DNA of 64,000 nucleotides from Clostridia bacterium (GTDB lineage Bacteria; Bacillota; Clostridia; Oscillospirales; Acutalibacteraceae): NCBI GenBank assembly GCA_017448285.1, contig JAFSLT010000070.1, positions 3,501 to 67,500 of the forward strand, read 5' to 3'. Shown piece by piece: positions 58,102 to 64,000 of this stretch (position 1 is its first letter; each line of letters starts with the position of its first letter). The notes under the pieces were generated by a model. It saw only the letters and a program-made list of their open reading frames with translations, ran no database searches and was not told where the DNA came from. The position numbers and the translations under genes were made by a program.

Positions 58102-58935
58102 ATGCGCAAATTACGCAGGACTGCTATATTGTTAACTTTAATTTTTACATTTTCAATTTTTTGCCCCAAGTATAAGGCCAAGTCATTCGCTATAAGTACA
58201 ATTATAGGAATGGTTATTGGACTGGGCGCTGCTGCAACGGCAATTGCGTCGCTTATTTTTCTTGCGAATAAAGAAGAAACTGAAGATGATAATTTAATTG
58301 AACAACCAGATGGGCAAGATGAGCCGCAAAAAACTGACAAGGATTTAGAAAAGGAAGCTTTGAATGATCGCAAAAAGCCTACAGAAATTGTTTTTATTCT
58401 GGACGAAAGCGGTTCAATGTGGCATTTAAAAAAATCTACTATTAGCAGTTTTAATGAAATGCTTGAAAGTCAAAAAAATCTTGATACCAAATTCCCAGCA
58501 TATCTTACTACAGTTGTGTTTTCTGATAATATGAAAAAGATTTGCGACCATAAAGAGATACACGAAGTAGAAAACATGACAAGTGAAAATTACAATCCAA
58601 ATGGCTGCACAGCTTTGATGGATACTTTGGGTAAAACTATCAACGAAATGTCGGAGATTAATAAAGATAACGACAAAAATGTAATTTTCATAATAATAAC
58701 TGACGGATATGAAAACGCCAGCCGAGAATTTAAACGTGAAGATATTAAAAAAATGATTGAAGCTAAACGCGAAATGGGTTGGAATTTTATATTTTTTGGT
58801 GCGAACATAGATTCAAATAAAGAAGCTGGAAGTTTGGGCATTGATAAAAAATATACCAGTAATTTTGCAGCAACAAAAGAAGGCATGCGAGATTGCATAG
58901 GAATCTGTAACAATATGATATGTTGTATGCTATAA
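58102..58935 (+). CDS. Membrane-anchored von Willebrand factor A (vWA) domain protein
   Basis: Two N-terminal hydrophobic segments followed by the MIDAS motif IVFILDESGSM ... TALMDTLG ... IIITDGYEN. Confidence 0.75.
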   Translation: MRKLRRTAILLTLIFTFSIFCPKYKAKSFAISTIIGMVIGLGAAATAIASLIFLANKEETEDDNLIEQPDGQDEPQKTDKDLEKEALNDRKKPTEIVFILDESGSMWHLKKSTISSFNEMLESQKNLDTKFPAYLTTVVFSDNMKKICDHKEIHEVENMTSENYNPNGCTALMDTLGKTINEMSEINKDNDKNVIFIIITDGYENASREFKREDIKKMIEAKREMGWNFIFFGANIDSNKEAGSLGIDKKYTSNFAATKEGMRDCIGICNNMICCML

Positions 58936-58980
58936 AAAATTATATTAAAATATATTTGAAAAAGTGAAATTTCTAAATCA

Positions 58981-59032
58981 TTCTCCGGCGGCACCGGAGA
59001 GATTATCTGTTACCAGTTTCGAAAAAAGTCTA
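58981..59032. repeat. PE copy with one arm
   Basis: ttctccggcggcaccggagagattatctgttaccagtttcgaaaaaagtcta. Confidence 0.85.
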
Positions 59033-59149
59033 TTTTTTAATTTGGGATAGTTCTAAATATTACTCTTTCCTATCCACGTTTATTTAACACATCTCTTTGC
59101 ACTCTCAAAGTGAATATAAACTTCTAACGTATTAAGGATATTCAAGTTC

Positions 59150-59225
59150 TGGAGCTACTGATCCGAACCGAACGGACGACCTGCTCATTACGAGTGAGCT
59201 GCTCTGCCTGCTGAGCTACAGTAGC
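59150..59225 (-). tRNA. tRNA-Thr (anticodon CGT), CCA encoded
   Basis: The minus strand GCTACTGTAGCTCAGCAGGCAGAGCAGCTCACTCGTAATGAGCAGGTCGTCCGTTCGGTTCGGATCAGTAGCTCCA folds as a canonical 76-nt cloverleaf. Confidence 0.9.
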
Positions 59226-59235
59226 ATAAAGTTTA

Positions 59236-59264
59236 ATTTTAGTACTTAAATTAAAAAAATTCAA
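59236..59264 (-). promoter_or_regulatory. Candidate tRNA-Thr promoter
   Basis: On the minus strand: TTGAAT, 17 bp spacer, TAAAAT, ending about 10 nt before the tRNA 5' end. Confidence 0.5.
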
Positions 59265-59342
59265 TAACAATCGGCATTGCTATACTTAAAAGCCTTTAGA
59301 ACTATTTTTTTTTAAAAAATTGATTTTTTTGAGAAATATCTA

Positions 59343-59371
59343 TTGACAAGTTCATAAGTGTATGATATGAT
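59343..59371 (+). promoter_or_regulatory. Promoter, upstream copy
   Basis: TTGACA, 17 bp spacer, TGaTATGAT. Confidence 0.45.
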
Positions 59372-59479
59372 AAAAATAATGTATGATTTCATACATGATG
59401 TAAAATTGAATATGATGCATACTTAGGAGCCTTTAGAACTATTTTTTTCCAAAAAATTGATTTTTTTGAGAAATATCCA

Positions 59480-59508
59480 TTGACAAGTTCATAGGTGTAT
59501 GATATGGT
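59480..59508 (+). promoter_or_regulatory. Promoter, downstream copy
   Basis: TTGACA, 17 bp spacer, TGaTATGGT. Confidence 0.45.
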
Positions 59509-59562
59509 AAAAACAATGTACGATTTCATACATAATAATGATTGATAAGGAGAGCGATTTTT

Positions 59563-60180
59563 ATGTCTATAAAGAATTTTTCCAAGATAACCGCAGTTTA
59601 TCTTTTAAGTGTTTTTGGTATGCTTGTTGTTAATAATAATAACACCAGAGTTAGCGCAATGAACCCCTCGAACCTCTCTTCTAAACCTAAAGTATCTTCA
59701 GTATCTTCAGTATCTTATAAACCTGGAATGTCTTCTATGACCAAAACAGTTAACCTCAGACTGAATGATGACAGTGAAAGTAGCTTTGAAATTAATAACG
59801 ACAATGATGTTTCAATGAAGGAGGACATGAATGTGGAAAATAAAAATTTGGAACGATCAAATCTAAAAGAACTATTAAAAGCAAAAGCTGTGTCAGTGGG
59901 AGGTAAAGAAGAACATAAATTTAACAAAAAAGAAAGTAAAACAAAAGAAAAAGAAAGTAAAACAAAAGAAAAAGAATCTGAGAAATCAGTACCACCTTCG
60001 CAGCCTATGTCAACTGGTAAAAAAGTAGGAATTGTTGCAGCAATAGTAGCAGGAGCAGCTGCACTTGGCACGGGTATTTATGCTCTTTGCCAAAAAGTTT
60101 CAAGAACATCATCATCATCAAGAAGTAACATTACTCCACAAATTAATGCAAGTACAAATAAAATTACAAATGCAAATTAA
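59563..60180 (+). CDS. Secreted Ser/Lys-rich repeat protein with a C-terminal Gly/Ala-rich TM anchor
   Basis: ATG 59563 follows AAGGAGAG. Signal MSIKNFSKITAVYLLSVFGMLVV...VSA, KESKTKE repeats, and KKVGIVAAIVAGAAALGTGIYALCQK. Confidence 0.7.
   Translation: MSIKNFSKITAVYLLSVFGMLVVNNNNTRVSAMNPSNLSSKPKVSSVSSVSYKPGMSSMTKTVNLRLNDDSESSFEINNDNDVSMKEDMNVENKNLERSNLKELLKAKAVSVGGKEEHKFNKKESKTKEKESKTKEKESEKSVPPSQPMSTGKKVGIVAAIVAGAAALGTGIYALCQKVSRTSSSSRSNITPQINASTNKITNAN
59929..59976 (+). repeat. In-frame 21-bp tandem repeat (about 2.3 units)
   Basis: aaagaaagtaaaacaaaagaa x2 plus a partial unit. It encodes KESKTKE repeats. Confidence 0.85.
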
Positions 60181-60220
60181 AATTTAACCACTTCCGTCTG
60201 AAGCCGGAAGTGGTTAAATT
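60181..60220. terminator. Perfect 16-bp stem-loop between convergent genes (bidirectional terminator candidate)
   Basis: aatttaaccacttccg-tctgaagc-cggaagtggttaaatt, starting 1 nt after the stop at 60180. Confidence 0.6.
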
Positions 60221-60246
60221 TATCTTTAAATTTATTCCATATATTA

Positions 60247-60624
60247 TCATTCATGCCGCAAGCTAAACTTTTTCAACAATATTTCTATATTATTGGTTTT
60301 TGCTATATTATTATCATCATTATTGGCTTTGGTCGTATTATTATCATTATTATTGGTTTTTGTTATATTATTATCATCAGAATTTTTTTTATTATTAATT
60401 TTTAATGCACATACAGTTGTTACAACAATTCCGGCAATAATAATAGCGCCTACGCCACCTAAAATACCATACTTTTTTATTTTGCTTAAATGGTTTTTTG
60501 AAGAAACCGTGCTTATTTTTGTATTATTTTTGGAAATTTCATCTTTTTTTAGTGCCAAAGTTTTGCCGTTAAAAATTGACATACATGTTAATAATACAGA
60601 TGCTATTTTTTTGTAACCTCTCAT
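60247..60624 (-). CDS. Leader-family membrane protein with an Asn/Asp-rich decapeptide repeat tail
   Basis: Leader MRGYKKIASVLLTCMSIFNGKTLA, helix KKYGILGGVGAIIIAGIVVTTVCALK, then three copies of (D)DNNITKTNN-like units. Confidence 0.7.
   Translation of the reverse strand: MRGYKKIASVLLTCMSIFNGKTLALKKDEISKNNTKISTVSSKNHLSKIKKYGILGGVGAIIIAGIVVTTVCALKINNKKNSDDNNITKTNNNDNNTTKANNDDNNIAKTNNIEILLKKFSLRHE
60289..60378 (-). repeat. In-frame 30-bp tandem repeat x3
   Basis: Units at 60289..60318, 60319..60348 and 60349..60378 (attattggtttttgctatattattatcatc and variants). Confidence 0.9.
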
Positions 60625-60758
60625 GATATTATTTTCCTCCCGCTAAATCAAAAATTTAATTTTTAAAATTAGTTGAATTTTGATTAAATCCAAAGAAACA
60701 ATTCCTCCAAGTAACGATAGGAAGATTTATCACTTACGGCCTTGAAAAAATTCCAATT

Positions 60759-61022
60759 TTATTCTGCTTTATTTACTGCAGCAACTGACCATTTTTTTAT
60801 CCTTATACTTTCAGACTGACTTTTAATAACAAAAGATTCGTCTTTGACGCTTATAACTGTTCCAACAATTCCGCCGATTGTTGTTATTTCATCTCCGATT
60901 TTAATACTGTTGCGCAGTTCTTGCTCTTTTTTGCTCTTTTTTTTCTGAGAAAGCGTCATAACAACAAACATAATTATAATGGGAACCAATAGCATAAGAT
61001 TCATCAAGATATTCTGATCCAT
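60759..61022 (-). CDS. yajC: Preprotein translocase subunit YajC
   Basis: TM segment followed by KIGDEITTIGGIVGTVISV. ATG 61022 follows AAGGAG. Confidence 0.85.
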   Translation of the reverse strand: MDQNILMNLMLLVPIIIMFVVMTLSQKKKSKKEQELRNSIKIGDEITTIGGIVGTVISVKDESFVIKSQSESIRIKKWSVAAVNKAE

Positions 61023-61072
61023 ACAATACACTCCTTAAAATTCAAAAAGTATAGTTTCATTATATCACAAGT

Positions 61073-61418
61073 ATTATTTTTTGCAACCATATTTTTGCAA
61101 GAACATGATTATTTTATCCGTTATTACCGAATATAATCTCTGATTATTATTTTGCAACGCATTTTTATAAAATTGTATAAAAATATACTTTTTTCGAAAC
61201 CCATAATATGTATTCTCTCCGGCAACCGTCGGAGAGGATCTTTGCTTATTATTTTGCAACCATATTTTTGTGAGAATATGATTATTTTCTTCGGTATTAC
61301 CGAATATAATCTCTGATTATTATTTTGCAACACATTTTTATAAAATTGCATAAAAATATACTTCTTTCGAAACCCGTAATGTGTATTCTCTCCGGCAACC
61401 GTCGGAGAGAACATTTCT
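61073..61418. repeat. Tandem duplication (2 x 173 bp) of an intergenic block ending in a PE
   Basis: 61073..61245 and 61246..61418 are about 90% identical by eye. Each contains ttgcaaccatatttttg ... tttcgaaaccc ... ttctctccggcaaccgtcggagag. Confidence 0.9.
61188..61237. repeat. PE copy with a left arm
   Basis: acttttttcgaaacccataatatgtattctctccggcaaccgtcggagagg. Confidence 0.85.
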
Positions 61419-61448
61419 GTTTTAATTTTCAAGTTTCGAAAGAAATCT
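61361..61448. repeat. Full-length PE with both inverted arms (about 88 bp)
   Basis: cttctttcgaaac-N12-ttctctccggcaaccgtcggagagaa-N21-gtttcgaaagaaatcta. The two arms are reverse complements of each other. Confidence 0.85.
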
Positions 61449-61458
61449 AATAAAAATA

Positions 61459-62364
61459 TTAATAAACATCCAATTCACACACTGTTACTTTTTCATGCTT
61501 AGTATAAGGTACTTTTCTAACCTTAAGTCTGGGAACTTTTTTAGTAATTGTTTTTTTGTGATCGCTGTCACAAGTAGAAGGATCTGGCACTTTTTCATCC
61601 ACCCATTCATATTCCGTGATCTCTTCAGATTTAAAGTCGACGCTATCTACGTCTATTAATTTTTCTACAATTCTCCCATGCATACCATCTGCCTTCAAAG
61701 GAAAATTATTGTATCCATAATTTTTAAGTGCAGTTACCAATAAATTTGAAACCTGTTTTCTACATTTTTTTACTTCATCTCCATCTAAACTAGGAAATTC
61801 ATACCAACCATCAACTTGATTTTTAAATGCTTGACCAATTAAAACATTCTTAACATAATCTCTAGCTTTGTTTACTTGAACTGGAGACGTTACATTACCC
61901 TGATTATCATTTTTAGTTTTAGTTAAAACAATTATTATCCGACACTTTGAAGCATTTTTAGCCAAATTTTCCATAGTATCCTCAATACCTTTAGTAAAGT
62001 TCGAATTAAATAACGTGTTAGCTGCTACACATAAAATTGCCACATGCGCTCCTTCAGAAAACTTATTTATTATTTTCCTATGACGCATTTCAGCTGAAGT
62101 ATCCCAAAAATGCGCAAACACGATTTTTTTAGATAGGAACGCAGGCAACTTAATTTCCTGCTCTGCCATATCAAGTTGGACAGTGTGTTGATAATCCCAA
62201 GATGGTTCTTTACCAGTCAATATAGTTTTTAAAACAGTTTTACCGGATCCGGTTTCACCCAAAAATATTACTTTTGCCCTTGGAATAACAGCCATTGCAA
62301 TGTCACCGAAAATAAAAAATGATAAAATTAAGAATATCGATAATAAATTACGTTTTTTAAACAT
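61459..62364 (-). CDS. Ras-superfamily small GTPase-like protein with an N-terminal signal/anchor and a C-terminal extension
   Basis: ATG 62364 follows AGGAGTG. MFKKRNLLSIFLILSFFIFGDIAMA, G1 GETGSGKT, G3-like WDTSAEM, G4 TKND, and about 120 extra C-terminal residues. Confidence 0.7.
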   Translation of the reverse strand: MFKKRNLLSIFLILSFFIFGDIAMAVIPRAKVIFLGETGSGKTVLKTILTGKEPSWDYQHTVQLDMAEQEIKLPAFLSKKIVFAHFWDTSAEMRHRKIINKFSEGAHVAILCVAANTLFNSNFTKGIEDTMENLAKNASKCRIIIVLTKTKNDNQGNVTSPVQVNKARDYVKNVLIGQAFKNQVDGWYEFPSLDGDEVKKCRKQVSNLLVTALKNYGYNNFPLKADGMHGRIVEKLIDVDSVDFKSEEITEYEWVDEKVPDPSTCDSDHKKTITKKVPRLKVRKVPYTKHEKVTVCELDVY

Positions 62365-62384
62365 ATTTTTCACTCCTATAAACT

Positions 62385-63701
62385 TTAATAGATCAAACAA
62401 TCTTTTTTAAATTCAAATTTTGATTTTTCATTCTTCAGATATAATTCATTGATTATAGTTACAAAGTCTAAATTTTTTTTTAAATTAGTTTTTAAGTATG
62501 AACAAATTGCTTCGACTTTATCGGCACTGATTGCTCCTTCTTTGTCTCCAAATTTTTCGAAACAATATTCTCTGACTTCGTTGCGCAATTTTTCGCTGTC
62601 GATTTTTTTGTCCTTCCCTTCATTATCCCAATCAAAACAGCTGTCGAAACGATTATTCCACACATCGTCAGAACAATTGGTAACAAGAATCTGTTGTTTT
62701 GTGGATTTTTTTTCTTGATGATGTTTTTTTTTTTCATCTTCACTCGTCTGAACTTCTTTTTGCAATTCTTTATATTGCTCGAGTTCTTGATGTTTTTTCG
62801 CATTGTAATGCTCTATGAAATCTTTGTAGCTTTTTTTGTCTCTACAAACAAAATTAACGTCTTTAGGAAGATATCTGGCAAAACAGTAAGGAATAAACTT
62901 AGAAGGTATGGTTTCTCGACCATTTGGCATGTTAGTATTATAACTCCAAAGATTACATCTTCTAAAAAATTTATTGAACATATATTCAAAATCCACACTA
63001 CTGTCAAGTATAGTTACCCAATAATAATGAAAACTTGAATAACAAGGACGTTTTTTCATTGCTTCTTGGTGCCATAGTATCCTTTTGCCTTCGCTTTCAA
63101 CATGACTGTATCCCGGATAATCAACACCGCATTTTTCACACCAAAGTCTGTTTACAGCATCATAACATTTTTTAAAAGTATCATAATTTATAAGGTCAGT
63201 ATCTTTATTAAAAACATAAAAAATTAAATCTGTATTATCAATTAATTCAGTGATAAACTCTTTATTAGATTTAATTTGATTAAACAAGTTAGATGCTGAA
63301 TATTTTATAAACTGTAACTTGTCATCATTCACCGCGCTGTGCAATTCACCATCTGCGCATTTATAAGGCTGTGAATCAACAGAAAGTTTTTTCACATTAT
63401 TGTATAGCTTCCCCATAACTTCATCGCTACTTCCTTCAGATTCAACAATAACAAGGACATTTAAATTTCTGCTTAACTTCCCTTGTTTAAAAAACTTTCC
63501 ATCAAAATTTATGTCTCTCTTATCTTCTATGTTACCTCTAAAAAATTGATAAAGTTCAAATTTTTCTCGTTCTTGACCACTAAGAGATTTCCATTTGGGC
63601 AAGACCTCTTCCATTGCACAAGATGGATTATTAAATGACAAAACGGTCATTACGGCCAAAAAAGTGCTAAGAATTTTGCATTTATAATTTTTAACGCTCA
63701 T
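62385..63701 (-). CDS. Leader-bearing Cys-rich protein of unknown function, in an operon with the GTPase
   Basis: ATG 63701 lies 8 nt after GGAGG. MSVKNYKCKILSTFLAVMTVLSFNNPSCA leader. The stop is 20 nt before the GTPase start. Confidence 0.65.
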   Translation of the reverse strand: MSVKNYKCKILSTFLAVMTVLSFNNPSCAMEEVLPKWKSLSGQEREKFELYQFFRGNIEDKRDINFDGKFFKQGKLSRNLNVLVIVESEGSSDEVMGKLYNNVKKLSVDSQPYKCADGELHSAVNDDKLQFIKYSASNLFNQIKSNKEFITELIDNTDLIFYVFNKDTDLINYDTFKKCYDAVNRLWCEKCGVDYPGYSHVESEGKRILWHQEAMKKRPCYSSFHYYWVTILDSSVDFEYMFNKFFRRCNLWSYNTNMPNGRETIPSKFIPYCFARYLPKDVNFVCRDKKSYKDFIEHYNAKKHQELEQYKELQKEVQTSEDEKKKHHQEKKSTKQQILVTNCSDDVWNNRFDSCFDWDNEGKDKKIDSEKLRNEVREYCFEKFGDKEGAISADKVEAICSYLKTNLKKNLDFVTIINELYLKNEKSKFEFKKDCLIY

Positions 63702-64000
63702 ATCGAGTGCCTCCAATAAAATTTAATAACTAACGTTTAACGATTTTTGAAAATATAACTATATGCTTTACATAAACTACCACCTCCAAAGTTTTCACCA
63801 ACAATAACAATTCATATAAAAATAAGCAAGTTTAAATTCGCAAATTTAGCAAAAAAAACAAAAAAATTGACAAAATACGACTTAAAATAAAAATTGAAGT
63901 TTTTCAGCAGTAAATAGCACCAAATTAGTATTTCTAAATCATTCTAAGTATGGTACAATATACAAGGTGGTGGAATTTAGCCTTTTAGCATTTACCCTTT

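Larger units (their letters stand above)
59292..59555 (+). repeat. Tandem duplication (period 137 bp) of a promoter-UTR-RBS block
   Basis: gcctttagaactattttt...ttgacaagttcata(a/g)gtgtatgatatg... occurs at 59292 and 59429. Only the second copy is followed by an ORF. Confidence 0.9.

Noticed and set aside
61074-61432. ORFs 61074..61259 and 61124..61432 (minus strand)
   Set aside because: They are generated by the 173-bp tandem repeat and read through PE hairpins (peptide SPTVAGENT). They have no RBS, so they are most likely non-coding.
524-61448. The possibility that the recurring hairpins form a CRISPR array
   Set aside because: The copies are scattered one per intergenic region over 60 kb with irregular spacing. 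Each is a palindrome, and no cas genes are present. This is not a CRISPR array.
63868-64000. A TTGACAAAat box at 63868, and TGgTACAAT plus aaggtgg near the window end, which could mark another family gene starting at about 63967
   Set aside because: The -35 box has no properly spaced -10 box. Any ORF would be only about 10 codons long before the window ends, so there is too little sequence to call it.

Overview
This is an AT-rich (about 70% A+T by eye) chromosomal segment from an endospore-forming, low-GC Firmicute that looks Clostridia-like. The evidence is spoIVA next to a SipL/SpoVID-like LysM protein, plus the rny-ymdB and glmU-prs gene pairs. I cannot name the species without a database search.

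The housekeeping backbone is: a Clp ATPase fragment, mnmA, lon, a ParE/ParC-like type IIA topoisomerase pair, yigZ, mpg, GTP-dependent PEP carboxykinase, murD, ymdB, rny, a CDF transporter, pgi, a complete ptsH-ptsI-crr-EIICB operon followed by a duplicated ABC ATPase, pyrH, gyrA, folE-queD-queC, RNase P RNA, rsmD, prs, a short glmU-like gene, tRNA-Ser(CGA), gyrB, secG, a C39-like peptidase, a GT2 glycosyltransferase, a P-type Ca-ATPase, tRNA-Thr(CGU) and yajC.

Four kinds of unusual content sit between these genes:
1. More than 30 copies of a GC-rich palindromic element (core CTCTCCGGC-N3-GCCGGAGAG, sometimes with TTTCGAAAC-containing arms). One copy appears to be inserted in frame in murD.
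2. Three candidate type I toxin-antitoxin modules, each with convergent consensus promoters around a tiny hydrophobic ORF.
3. A dispersed multigene family of at least 10 loci. Members share a cTTGACAAAtt promoter block, an RBS and a conserved signal-peptide-like leader, usually followed by a Gly/Ala-rich helix. Family and neighbouring leader-bearing genes carry eukaryote-like or unexpected cargo domains: a SpoVK/CbbX-type AAA+ ATPase, a Ras-superfamily GTPase, an OGFr-like domain and a vWA domain. Several members are broken by frameshifts at G7 or A5 runs.
4. Several tandem duplications of gene ends or promoters, and an 8-bp microsatellite.

I saw no transposase, integrase, CRISPR array or rRNA. 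RNA ends, promoters and start codons are inferred by eye and are approximate.
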